Part shown: positions 38,501 to 53,200 of the stretch, in pieces | How the letters are laid out: each line of letters opens with the position of its first letter | How positions within the stretch are numbered: position 1 is the first letter of the stretch | NCBI RefSeq assembly: GCF_009914755.1 | Contig: NC_060939.1 | Origin: the human T2T-CHM13v2.0 reference genome, Homo sapiens | Length of the DNA stretch: 64,000 bases | Strand: one strand, 5' to 3' | The notes under the pieces: generated by a model | Databases searched by the model: none | What the model saw: only the letters and a program-made list of their open reading frames with translations | Told to the model about the DNA's origin: nothing | Translations under genes and position numbers: made by a program

Positions 38501-41500
38501 TTCCATTCTATTCAACTCTATTGCCTTCTATTCCATTCCATTCGATTACATTCCATGCGATTCCATTCGAAATCGAATCAATTACATTGCAATCCATTAC
38601 AATTGAGTCCGTTTTATTCCAGTCCACTGCATTCTGGTCCATTCCATTTGATTCCATTCCATTCTATTCCATTCCATACAGTTGCATTCCTTTGGATTCC
38701 ATGCTAGATATATAAATTCAATTCGAGACCATTGCTTTTGAGTCCATTCTATATGATTCCATTCCATTCAAGTCCATTACATTTGGTTCAATTCCATTCC
38801 ATTCCATTCCCTTCCATTCCATTCCAGTTGATATCAATCCTTTCGATTCCATTCCATTCGAGCACATTCCATTCGAGTCCATTCCATTCGATGCCATTCC
38901 ATTTGATTCTATTCCATTAGTCTCCATTCAATTCCATTAATCTCCATTCCATTCCATTCTACTCCAACTGATTCCATTCCATTCTATTCCTTTCCATTCC
39001 ATTTCATTCCATTCCATTCCATTTCATTTCCATTCCATTCCATTCGTGTCCATTCCACTCCAGTCCATTCCATTCGTGTCCATTCCATTCCAGTCCATTC
39101 CATTTGTGTCCACTGCATTCCATTCCACTCCATTCCATATTATTCCATTACACTCCATTCCATTCTATTACTTTCATTTCCATTCAATTCCATTCCATTT
39201 GATTCCATTCCACTCGGTTTCATTCCATTTGAGTCCACTCCATTCCATTCCATTCCATTCCATTCCATTCAGTTCCATTCCATTCTGTTCCATTCCATTC
39301 CGTTCCATTACATTCCATTCCATTCGGTACCATTCCATATTGTTCCATTCGATTCCATTCGAATCCATTCCATTCCAGTCCATTCCATTCGATTCCATTC
39401 CATTCATTTCAATTCCATTCCATTCCATTCCATTCCATTCCACTTGATTCCTCTCCATTCCCTTCCACTGCATTCCGTTCGATTCCATTCCATTGCATTG
39501 CATTCCATTCCATTGGATTGCATTCCATTCGATTCCATTCCATTCGAATCAATTACATAGCAATCCATTACATTCGAGTCTATTCTATTCCGTTCCATTC
39601 GATTTCGTTCCAATCCATTCGATTCCATTCCATTCGATTCCATTCCATACTATTGCATTCCATTCGATTACATTATATTCGAATAAGTTCCATTCAAGAC
39701 CATTTCTTTTGAGTCCATTCTATTTGAGTCCATTCCCTTTGATTCCATAACATTCGACTCCATTCAATTCCATTCCTTTCGTTTCCATTCCATTTGAGGC
39801 CATTCCATTCAATTCTGTTCTACTCGACTCCAATACATTCAATTCCATTCCATCCGATTCCATTACATTCTTTTCATTTCTTATCCATTTCAAGCCATTC
39901 CACTCCATTCCATTCCACTCGTTTCCTTTCCAGTCGAGTCCATTCCTCTCCAGTCCATTCCGTTCTATCCATTCCATTCCAGTCCATTCCATTCGAGTCC
40001 GTTCCATTCCAGTCCATTCCATTCGAGTCAATTCCATCACATTCGATGTCTTTCCATAACGATCCATTCCATTCTATTCCTTTCGATTCCATTCCATTCT
40101 ATTTCATTCCATTCGATTCCCTTCCATTGGACTCCTTTCCATTCGAGTGCATTCCATTCCGTTCCATTTCTTTCCGTTCTGTACGATTCCTACCGTTCGA
40201 TTTCATTTTGTTCCAGTCCATTCCTTTCGCGTCCATTCCATTCCATTTCACTCCATTCGATTCCATTCCACTCGATTCCACTTCGTTCCATTTCATTGCA
40301 TTCCATTCTATTCAACTCTATTGCCTTCCATTCCATTCCATTCGATTACATTCCATGCGATTCCATTCGAAATCGAATCAATTACATTGCAATCCATTAC
40401 AATTGCGTCCGTTTTATTCCAGTCCACTGCATTCTGGTCCATTCCATTTGATTCCATTCCATTCTATTCCATTCCGTACAGTTGCATTCCTTTGGATTCC
40501 ATGCTATATCTATAAATTCAATTCGAGACCATTGCTTTTGAGTCCATTCTATATGATTCCATTCCATTCAAGTCCATTGCATTTGGTTCAATTCCATTCC
40601 ATTCCATTCCCTTCCATTCCATTCCAGTTGATATCAATCCATTCGATTCCATTCCATTCGAGCACATTCCATTCGAGTCCATTCCATTCGATGCCATTCC
40701 ATTTGATTCTATTCCATTAGTCTCCATTCAATTCCATTAATCTCCATTCCATTCCATTCTACTCCAACTGATTCCATTCCATTCTATTCCTTTCCATTCC
40801 ATTTCATTCCATTCCATTCCATTTCATTCCATTCCATTCCATTCGCTTCCATTCCATTCGTGTCCATTCCACTCCAATCCATTCCATTCGTGTCCATTCC
40901 ATTCCAGTCCATTCCATTTGTGTCCACTGCATTCCATTCCACTCCATTCCATATTATTCCATTTCACTCCCTTCCATTCTATTACTTTCATTTCCATTCA
41001 ATTCCATTCCATTTGATTCCATTCCACTCGGTTTCATTTTATTTGAGTCCACTCCATTCCATTCCATTCCATTCCATTCAGTTCCATTCCATTCTGTTCC
41101 ATTCCATTCCGTTCCATTGCATTCCATTCCATTCGGTACCATTCCATATTGTTCCATTTGATTCCATTCGAATCCATTCCATTCCAGTCCATTCCATTCG
41201 ATTACATTCCATTCCTTTCAATTCCATTCCATTCCATTCCATTCCACTTGATTCCACTCCATTCCCTTCCACTGCATTCCATTCGATTCCATTCCATTGC
41301 ATTGCATTCCATTCCATTGGACTGCATTCCATTCGATTCCATTCCATTCGAATCAATTACATAGCAATCCATTACATTCGAGTCTATTCTATTCCGTTCC
41401 ATTCGATTTCGTTCCAATCCATTCGATTCCATTCCATTCGATTCCATTCCATACTATTGCATTCCATTCGATTACATTATATTCGAATAAGTTCCATTCA

Positions 41501-42600
41501 AGACCATTTCTTTTGAGTCCATTCGATTTGAGTCCATTCCCTTTGATTCCATAACATTTGAGTCCATTCAATTCCATTCCTTTCGTTTCCATTCCATTTG
41601 ATGCCATTCCATTCAATTCTGTTCTACTCGACTCCAATACATTCAATTCCATTCCATCCGATTCCATTACATTCTTTTCATTTCTTATCCATTTCAAGTC
41701 ATTCCACTCCATTCCATTCCACTCGTTTCCTTTCCATTCGAGTCCATTCCTCTCCAGTCCATTCCGTTCAATCCATTCCATTCCAGTCCATTCCATTCCA
41801 GTCCGTTCCATTCCAGACCATTCCATTCGAGTCAATTCCTTTCCATTCGATGTCTTTCCATAACGATCCATTCCATTCTATTCCTTTCGATTCCATTCCA
41901 TTCTATTTCATTCCATTCGATTCCCTTCCATTGGACTCCTTTCCATTCGAGTGCATTCCATTCCGTTCCATTTCTTTCCGTTCTGTACGATTCCTACCGT
42001 TCGATTTCATTTTGTTCCAGTCCATTCCTTTCGCCTCCATTCCATTCCATTTCACTCCATTCGATTCCATTCCACTCGATTCCACTTCGTTCCATTTCAT
42101 TGCATTCCATTCTATTCAACTCTATTGCCTTCCATTCCATTCCATTCGATTACATTCCATGCGATTCCATTCGAAATCGAATCAATTACATTGCAATCCA
42201 TTACAATTGAGTCCGTTTTATTCCAGTCCACTGCATTCTGGTCCATTCCATTTGATTCCATTCCATTCTATTCCATTCCATACAGTTGCATTCCTTTGGA
42301 TTCCATGCTATATATATAAATTCAATTCGAGACCATTGCTTTTGAGTCCATTCTATATGATTCCATTCCATTCAAGTCCATTACATTTGGTTCAATTCCA
42401 TTCCATTCCATTCCCTTCCATTCCATTCCAGTTGATATCAATCCATTCGATTCCATTCCATTCGAGCACATTCCATTCGAGTCCATTCCATTCGATGCCA
42501 TTCCATTTGATTCTATTCCATTAGTCTCCATTCAATTCCATTAATTTCCATTCCATTCCATTCTACTCCAACTGATTCCATTCCATTCTATTCCTTTCCA
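32552..42600 (+). repeat. Three copies of a ~3.6-kb dimer (U19-20, U21-22, U23-24)
   Basis: TTGAGGCC, CCAGTCGAG, ACAATTGCGTCC and the CGCTTCC insertion occur in U19, U21 and U23. CAAGTCATT, CCAGACCATT and TCGCCTCC occur in U20, U22 and U24. Periods are 3598 and 3604 bp. Confidence 0.9.
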
Positions 42601-44169
42601 TTCCATTTCATTCCATTCCATTCCATTCGTGTCCATTCCACTCCAGTCCATTCCATTCGTGTCCATTCCATTCCAGTCCATTCCATTTGTGTCCACTGCA
42701 TTCCATTCCACTCCATTCCATATTATTCCATTACACTCCATTCCATTCTATTACTTTCATTTCCATTCAATTCCATTCCATTTGATTCCATTCCACTCGG
42801 TTTCATTCCATTTGAGTCCACTCCATTCCATTCCATTCCATTCCATTCAGTTCCATTCCATTCTGTTCCATTCCATTCCGTTCCATTGCATTCCATTCCA
42901 TTCGGTACCATTCCGTATTGTTCCATTTGATTCCATTCGAATCCATTCCATTCCAGTCTATTCCATTCGATTCCATTCCATTCCTTTCAATTCCATTCCA
43001 TTCCATTCCATTCCACTTGATTCCACTCCATTCCCTTCCACTGCATTCCATTCGATTCCATTCCATTGCATTGCATTCCATTCCATTGGACTGCATTCCA
43101 TTCGATTCCATTCCATGCGAATCAATTACATAGCAATCCATTACATTCGAGTCTATTCTATTCCGTTCCATTCGATTTCGTTCCAATCCATTCGATTCCA
43201 TTCCATTCGATTCCATTCCATACTATTGCATTCCATTCTATTACATTATATTCGAATAAGTTCCATTCAAGCCCATTTCTTTTGAGTCCATTCTATTTGA
43301 GTCCATTCCCTTTGATTCCATAACATTTGAGTCCATTCAATTCCATTCCTTTCGTTTCCATTCCATTTGATGCCATTCCATTCAATTCTGTTCTACTCGA
43401 CTCCAATACATTCAATTCCATTCCATCCGATTCCATTACATTCTTTTCATTTCTTATCCATTTCAAGCCATTCCACTCCATTCCATTCCACTCGTTTCCT
43501 TTCCATTCGAGTCCATTCCTCTCCAGTCCATTCCGTTCAATCCATTCCATTCCAGTCCATTCCATTCGAGTCCGTTCCATTCCAGTCCATTCCATTCGTG
43601 TCAATTCCATTCCATTCGATGTCTTTCCATAACGATCCATTCCATTCTATTCCTTTCGATTCCATTCCATTCTATTTCATTCCATTCGATTCCCTTCCAT
43701 TGGACTCCTTTCCATTCGAGTGCATTCCATTCCGTTCCATTTCTTTCCGTTCTGTACGATTCCTACCGTTCGATTTCATTTTGTTCCAGTCCATTCCTTT
43801 CGCGTCCATTCCATTCCATTTCACTCCATTCGATTCCATTCCACTCGATTCCACTTCGTTCCATTTCATTGCATTCCATTCTATTCAACTCTATTGCCTT
43901 CCATTCCATTCCATTCGATTACATTCCATGGGATTCCATTCGAAATCGAATCAATTACATTGCAATCCATTACTATTGAGTCCGTTTTATTCCAGTCCAC
44001 TGCATTCTGGTCCATTCCATTTGATTCCATTCCATTCTATTCCATTCCATACAGTTGCATTCCATTGGATTCCATGCTATATCTCTAAATTCAATTCGAG
44101 ACCATTGCTTTTGAGTCCATTCTATATGTTTCCATCCCATTCAAGTCCATTACTTTTGGTTCAATTCCA

Positions 44170-47100
44170 TTCCATTCCATTCCCTTCCATTCCATTCCAG
44201 TTGATATCAATCCATTCGATTCCATTCCATTCGAGCACATTCCATTCGAGTCCATTCCATTCGATGCCATTCCATTTGATTCTATTCCATTAGTCTCCAT
44301 TCAATTCCATTAATCTCCATTCCATTCCATTCTACTCCAACTGATTCCATTCCATTCTATTCCTTTCCATTCCATTTCATTCCATTCCATTCCATTTCAT
44401 TCCATTCCATTCCATTCGTGTCCATTCCACTCCAGTCCATTCCATTCGTGTCCATTCCATTCCAGTCCATTCCATTTGTGTCCACTGCATTCCATTCCAC
44501 TCCATTCCATATTATTCCATTACACTCCATTCCATTCTATTACTTTCATTTCCATTCAATTCCATTCCATTTGATTCCATTCCACTCGGTTTCATTCCAT
44601 TTGAGTCCACTCCATTCCATTCCATTCCATTCAGTTCCATTACATTCCATTCCATTCGGTACCATTCCATATTGTTCCATTCGATTCCATTCGAATCCAT
44701 TCCATTCCAGTCCATTCCATTCGATTCCATTCCATTCATTTCAATTCCATTCCATTCCATTCCATTACATTCCACTTGATTCCTCTCCATTCCCTTCCAC
44801 TGCATTCCGTTCGATTCCATTCCATTGCATTGCATTCCATTCCATTGGATTGCATTCCATTCGATTCCATTCCATTCGAATCAATTACATAGCAATCCAT
44901 TACATTCGAGTCTATTCTATTCCGTTCCATTCGATTTTGTTCCAATCCATTCGATTCCATTCCATTCGATTCCATTCCATACTATTGCATTCCATTCGAT
45001 TACATTATATTCGAATAAGTTCCATTCAAGACCATTTCTTTTGAGTCCATTCGATTTGAGTCCATTCCCTTTGATTCCATAACATTTGAGTCCATTCAAT
45101 TCCATTCCTTTCGTTTCCATTCCATTTGATGCCATTCCATTCAATTCTGTTCTACTCGACTCCAATACATTCAATTCCATTCCATCCGATTCCATTACAT
45201 TCTTTTCATTTCTTATCCATTTCAAGCCATTCCACTCCATTCCATTCCACTCGTTTCCTTTCCATTCGAGTCCATTCCTCTCCAGTCCATTCCGTTCAAT
45301 CCATTCCATTCCAGTCCATTCCATTCGAGTCCGTTCCATTCCAGTCCATTCCATTCGAGTCAATTCCATTCCATTCGATGTCTTTCCATAACGATCCATT
45401 CCATTCTATTCCTTTCGATTCCATTCCATTCTCTTTCATTCCATTCGATTCCCTTCCATTGGACTCCTTTCCATTCGAGTGCATTCCATTCCGTTCCATT
45501 TCTTTCCGTTCTGTACGATTCCTACCGTTCGATTTCATTTTGTTCCAGTCCATTCCTTTCGCGTCCATTCCATTCCATTTCACTCCATTCGATTCCATTC
45601 CACTCGATTCCACTTTGTTCCATTTCATTGCATTCCATTCTATTCAACTCTATTGCCTTCCTTTCCATTCCATTCGATTACATTCCATGCGATTCCATTC
45701 GAAATCGAATCAATTACATTGCAATCCATTACTATTGAGTCCGTTTTATTCCAGTCCACTGCATTCTGGTCCATTCCATTTGATTCCATTCCATTCTATT
45801 CCATTCCATACAGTTGCATTCCATTGGATTCCATTCTATATCTATAAATTCAATTCGAGACCATTGCTTTTGAGTCCATTCTATATGTTTCCATTCCATT
45901 CAAGTCCATTACATTTGGTTCAATTCCATTCCATTCCATTCCCTTCCATTCCATTCCAGTTGATATCAATCCATTCGATTCCATTCCATTCGAGCACATT
46001 CCATTCGAGTCCATTCCATTCGATGCCATTCCATTTGATTCTATTCCATTAGTCTCCATTCAATTCCATTAATCTCCATTCCATTCCATTCTACTCCAAC
46101 TGATTCCATTCCATTCTATTCCTTTCCATTCCATTTCATTCCATTCCATTCCATTTCATTCCATTCCATTCGTGTCCATTCCACTCCAGTCCATTCCATT
46201 CGTGTCCATTCCATTCCAGTCCATTCCTTTTGTGTCCACTGCATTCCATTCCACTCCATTCCATATTATTCCATTACACTCCATTCCATTCTATTACTTT
46301 CATTTCCATTCAATTCCATTCCATTTGATTCCATTCCACTCGGTTTCATTCCATTTGAGTCCACTCCATTCCATTCCATTCCATTCCATTCAGTTCCATT
46401 CCATTCTGTTCCATTCCATTCCGTTCCATTCGGTACCATTCCATAGTATTCCATTCGATTCCATTCGAATCCATTCTATTCCAGTCCTTTCCATTCGATT
46501 CCATTCCATTCATTTCAATTCCATTCCATTCCATTCCATTCCATTCCACTTGATTCCTCTCCATTCCCTTCCACTGCATTCCGTTCGATTCCATTCCATT
46601 GCCTTGCATTCCATTCCATTGGATTGCATTCCATTCGATTCCATTCCATTCGAATCAATTACATAGCAATCCATTACATTCGAGTCTATTCTCTTCCGTT
46701 CCATTCGATTTCGTTCCAATCCATTCGATTCCATTCCATTCGATTCCATTCCATACTATTGCATTCCATTCGATTACATTATATTCGAATAAGTTCCATT
46801 CAAGACCATTTCTTTTGAGTCCATTCTATTTGAGTCCATTCCCTTTGATTCCATAACATTTGAGTCCATTCAATTCCATTCCTTTCGTTTCCATTCCATT
46901 TGATGCCATTCCATTCAATTCTGTTCTACTCGACTCCAATACATTCAATTCCATTCCATCCGATTCCATTACATTCTTTTCATTTCTTATCCATTTCAAG
47001 CCATTCCACTCCATTCCATTCCACTCGTTTCCTTTCCATTCGAGTCCATTCCTCTCCAGTCCATTCCGTTCAATCCATTCCATTCCAGTCCATTCCATTC

Positions 47101-47260
47101 GTGTCCGTTCCATTCCAGTCCATTCCATTCGAGTCAATTCCATTCCATTCGATGTCTTTCCATAACGATCCATTCCATTCTATTCCTTTCGATTCCATTC
47201 CATTCTATTTCATTCCATTCGATTCCCTTCCATTGGACTCCTTTCCATTCGAGTGCATTC
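44170..47260 (+). repeat. ~3.1-kb block copied at ~53110-56200 (offset 8940 bp, 5 units)
   Basis: Shared variants at +8940: a shortened CAGTTCCATTACATT segment (~44632/53572), CGATTTTGT, CTCTTTCATT (45431/54371), CACTTTGTTC (45611/54551), CCATAGTATT (46441/55381), GCCTTGC (46601/55541) and GTGTCCG (47101/56041). Confidence 0.9.
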
Positions 47261-50200
47261 CATTCCTTTCCATTTCTTTCCGTTCTGTACGATTCCTACC
47301 GTTCGATTTCATTTTGTTCCAGTCCATTCCTTTCGCGTCCATTCCATTCCATTTCACTCCATTCGATTCCATTCCACTCGATTCCACTTCGTTCCATTTC
47401 ATTGCATTCCATTCTATTCAACTCTATTGCCTTCCATTCCATTCCATTCGATTACATTCCATGCGATTCCATTCGAAATCGAATCAATTACATTGCAATC
47501 CATTACTATTGAGTCCATTTTATTCCAGTCCACTGCATTCTGGTCCATTCCATTTGATTCCATTCCATTCTATTCCATTCCATACAGTTGCATTCCATTG
47601 GATTCCATTCTATATCTATAAATTCAATTCGAGACCATTGCTTTTGAATCCATTCCATATGATTCCATTCCATTCAAGTCCATTACATTTGATTCAATTC
47701 CATTCCATTCCATTCCCTTCCATTCCATTCCAGTTGATATCAATCCATTCGATTCCATTCCATTCGAGCACATTCCATTTGAGTCCATTCCATTCGATGC
47801 CATTTCATTTGATTCTATTCCATTAGTCTCCATTCAATTCCATTAATCTCCATTCCATTCCATTCTACTCCAACTGATTCCATTCCATTCTATTCCTTTC
47901 CATTCCATTTCATTCCATTCCATTCCATTTCATTCCATTCCATTCCATTCGCTTCCATTCCATTCGTGTCCATTCCACTCCAGTCCATTCCATTCGTGTC
48001 CATTCCATTCCAGTCCATTCCATTTGTGTCCACTGCGTTCCATTCCACTCCATTCCATATTATTCCATTACACTCCATTCCATTCTATTACTTTCATTTC
48101 CATTCAATTCCATTCCATTTGATTCCATTCCACTCGGTTTCATTCCATTTGAGTCCACTCCATTCCATTCCATTCCATTCCATTCAGTTCCATTCCATTC
48201 CGTTCCATTCCATTCCGTTCCATTGCATTTCATTCCATTCGGTACCATTCCATATTGTTCCATTCGATTCCATTCGAATCCATTCCATTCCAGTCCATTC
48301 CATTCGATTCCATTCCATTCCTTTCAATTCCATTCCATTCCATTCCATTCCACTTGATTCCACTCCATTCCCTTCCACTGCATTCCATTCGATTCCATTC
48401 CATTGCATTGCATTCCATTCCATTGGACTGCATTCCATTCGATTCCATTCCATTCGAATCAATTACATAGCAATCCATTACATTCGAGTCTATTCTATTC
48501 CGTTCCATTCGATTTCGTTCCAATCCATTCGATTCCATTCCATTCGATTCCATTCCATACTATTGCATTCCATTCGATTACATTATATTCGAATAAGTTC
48601 CATTCAAGACCATTTCTTTTGAGTCCATTCTATTTGAGTCCATTCCCTTTGATTCCATAACATTTGAGTCCATTCAATTCCATTCCTTTCGTTTCCATTC
48701 CATTTGATGCCATTCCATTCAATTCTGTTCTACTCGACTCCAATACATTCAATTCCATTCCATCCGATTCCATTACATTCTTTTCATTTCTTATCCATTT
48801 CAAGCCATTCCACTCCATTCCATTCCACTCGTTTCCTTTCCATTCGAGTCCATTCCTCTCCAGTCCATTCCGTTCAATCCATTCCATTCCAGTCCATTCC
48901 ATACGAGTCCGTTCCATTCCAGTCCATTCCATTCGAGTCAATTCCATTCCATTCGATGTCTTTCCATAACGATCCATTCCATTCTATTCCTTTCGATTCC
49001 ATTCCATTCTATTTCATTCCATTCGATTCCCTTCCATTGGACTCCTTTCCATTCGAGTGCATTCCATTCCTTTCCATTTCTTTCCGTTCTGTACGATTCC
49101 TACCGTTCGATTTCATTTTGTTCCAGTCTATTCCTTTCGCGTCCATTCCATTCCATTTCACTCCATTCGATTCCATTCCACTCGATTCCACTTCGTTCCA
49201 TTTCATTGCATTCCATTCTATTCAACTCTATTGCCTTCCATTCCATTCCATTCGATTACATTCCATGCGATTCCATTCGAAATCGAATCAATTACATTGC
49301 AATCCATTACTATTGAGTCCGTTTTATTCCAGTCCACTGCATTCTGGTCCATTCCATTTGATTCCATTCCATTCTATTCCATTCCATACAGTTGCATTCC
49401 ATTGGATTCCATGCTATATCTATAAATTCAATTCGAGACCATTGCTTTTGAGTCCATTCTATATGATTCCATTCCATTCAAGTCCATTACATTTGGTTCA
49501 ATTCCATTCCATTCCATTCCCTTCCATTCCATTCCAGTTGATATCAATCCATTCGATTCCATTCCATTCGAGCACATTCCATTCGAGTCCATTCCATTCG
49601 ATGCCATTCCATTTGATTCTATTCCATTAGTCTCCATTCAATTCCATTAATCTCCATTCCATTCCATTCTACTCCAACTGATTCCATTCCATTCTATTCC
49701 TTTCCATTCCATTTCATTCCATTCCATTCCATTTCATTCCATTCCATTCCATTCGCTTCCATTCCATTCGCTTCCATTCCATTCGTGTCCATTCCACTCC
49801 AGTCCATTCCATTCGTGTCCATTCCATTCCAGTCCATTCCATTTGTGTCCACTGCATTCCATTCCACTCCATTCCATATTATTCCATTACACTCCATTCC
49901 ATTCTATTACTTTCATTTCCATTCAATTCCATTCCATTTGATTCCATTCCACTCGGTTTCATTCCATTTGAGTCCACTCCATTCCATTCCATTCCATTCC
50001 ATTCAGTTCCATTCCATTCTGTTCCATTCCATTCCGTTCCATTGCATTCCATTCCATTCGGTACCATTCCATATTGTTCCATTCGATTCCATTCGAATCC
50101 ATTCCATTCCAGTCCATTCCATTCGATTCCATTCCATTCCTTTCAATTCCATTCCATTCCATTCCATTCCACTTGATTCCACTCCATTCCCTTCCACTGC

Positions 50201-53200
50201 ATTCCATTCGATTCCATTCCATTGCATTGCATTCCATTCCATTGGACTGCATTCCATTCGATTCCATTCCATTCGAATCAATTACATAGCAATCCATTAC
50301 ATTCGAGTCTATTCTATTCCGTTCCATTCGATTTCGTTCCAATCCATTCGATTCCATTCCATTCGATTCCATTCCATACTATTGCATTCCATTCGATTAT
50401 ATTATATTCGAATAAGTTCCATTCAAGACCATTTCTTTTGAGTCCATACTATTTGAGTCCATTCCCTTTGATTCCATAACATTTGAGTCCATTCAATTCC
50501 ATTCCTTTCGTTTCCATTCCATTTGATGCCATTCCATTCAATTCTGTTCTACTCGACTCCAATACATTCAATTCCATTCCATCCGATTCCATTACATTCT
50601 TTTCATTTCTTATCCATTTCAAGCCATTCCACTCAATTCCATTCCACCCGTTTCCTTTCCATTCGAGTCCATTCCTCTCCAGTCCATTCCGTTCAATCCA
50701 TTCCATTCCAGTCCATTCCATTCGAGTCCGTTCCATTCCAGTCCATTCCATTCGAGTCAATTCTATTCCATTCGATGTCTTTCCATAACGATCCATTCCA
50801 TTCTATTCCTTTCGATTCCATTCCATTCGATTTCATTCCATTCGATTCCCTTCCATTGGACTCCTTTCCATTCGAGTGCATTCCATTCCGTTCCATTTCT
50901 TTCCGTTCTGTACGATTCCTACCGTTTGATTTCATTTTGTTCCAGTCCATTCCTTACGCGTCCATTCCATTCAATTTCACTCCATTCGATTCCATTCCAC
51001 TCGATTCCACTTCGTTCCATTTCATTGCATTCCATTCTATTCAACTCTATTGCCTTCCATTCCATTCCATTCGATTACATTCCATGCGATTCCATTCGAA
51101 ATCGAATCAATTACATTACAATCCATTACTATTGAGTCCGTTTTATTCCAGTCCACTGCATTCTGGTCCATTCCATTTGATTCCATTCCATTTTATTCCA
51201 TTCCATACAGTTGCATTCCATTGGATTCCATGCTATATCTATAAATTAAATTCGAGACCATTGCTTTTGAGTCCATTCTATATGATTCCATTCCATTCAA
51301 GTCCATTACATTTGGTTCAATTCCATTCCATTCCATTCCCTTCCATTCCATTCCATTTGATATCAATCCATTCGATTCCATTCCATTCGAGCACATTCCA
51401 TTCGAGTCCATTCCATTCGATGCCATTCCATTTGATTCTATTCCATTAGTCTCCATTCAATTCCATTAATCTCCATTCCATTCCATTCTACTCCAACTGA
51501 TTCCATTCCATTATATTCCTTTCCATTCCATTTCATTCCATTCCATTCCATTTCATTCCATTCCATTCCATTCGTGTCCATTCCACTCCAGTCCATTCCA
51601 TTCGTGTCCATTCCATTACAGTCCATTCCATTTGTGTCCACTGCATTCCATTCCACTCCATTCCATATTATTCCATTACACTCCATTCCATTCTATTACT
51701 TTCATTTCCATTCAATTCCATTCCATTTGATTCCATTCCACTCGGTTTCATTCCATTTGAGTCCACTCAATTCCATTCCATTCCATTCCATTCAGTTCCA
51801 TTCCATTCTGTTCCATTCCATTCCGTTCCATTACATTCCATTCCATTCGGTACCATTCAATATTGTTCCATTCGATTCCATTCGAATCCATTCCATTCCA
51901 GTCCATTCCATTCGATTCCATTCCATTCATTTCAATTCCATTCCATTCCATTCCATTCCATTACATTCCACTTGATTCCTCTCCATTCCCTTCCACTGCA
52001 TTCCGTTCGATTCCATTCCATTGCATTGCATTCCATTCCATTGGACTGCATTCCATTCGATTCCATTCCATTCGAATCAATTACATAGCAATCCATTACA
52101 TTCGAGTCTATTCTATTCCGTTCCATTCGATTTCGTTCCATTCCATTCGATTCCATTCCATTCGATTCCATTCCATACTATTGCATTCCATTCGATTACA
52201 TTATATTCGAATAAGTTCCATTCAAGACCATTTCTTTTGAGTCCATTCCCTTTGATTCCATAACATTTGAGTCCATTCAATTCCATTCCTTTCGTTTCCA
52301 TTCCATTTGATGCCATTCCATTCAATTCTGTTCTACTCGACTCCAATACATTCAATTCCATTCCATCCGATTCCATTACATTCTTTTCATTTCTTATCCA
52401 TTTCAAGCCATTCCACTCCATTCCATTCCACTCGTTTCCTTTCCATTCGAGTCCATTCCTCTCCAGTCCATTCCGTTCAATCCATTCCATTCCAGTCCAT
52501 TCCATTCGTGTCCGTTCCATTCCAGTCCATTCCATTCGAGTCAATTCCATTCCATTCGATGTCTTTCCATAACGATCCATTCCATTCTATTCCTTTCGAT
52601 TCCATTCCATTCTATTTCATTCCATTCGATTCCCTTCCATTGGACTCCTTTCCATTCGAGTGCATTCCATTCCGTTCCATTTCTTTCCGTTCTGTACGAT
52701 TCCTACCGTTCGATTTCATTTTGTTCCAGTCCATTCCTTTCGCGTCCATTCCATTCCATTTCACTCCATTCGATTCCATTCCACTCGATTCCACTTCGTT
52801 CCATTTCATTGCATTCCATTCTATTCAACTCTATTGCCTTCCATTCCATTCCATTCGATTACATTCCATGCGATTCCATTCGAAATCGAATCAATTACAT
52901 TGCAATCCATTACAATTGAGTCCGTTTTATTCCAGTCCACTGCATTCTGGTCCATTCCATTTGATTCCATTCCATTCTATTCCATTCCATACAGTTGCAT
53001 TCCTTTGGATTCCATGCTATATATATAAATTCAATTCGAGACCATTGCTTTTGAGTCCATTCTATATGATTCCATTCCATTCAAGTCCATTACATTTGGT
53101 TCAATTCCATTCCATTCCATTCCCTTCCATTCCATTCCAGTTGATATCAATCCATTCGATTCCATTCCATTCGAGCACATTCCATTCGAGTCCATTCCAT

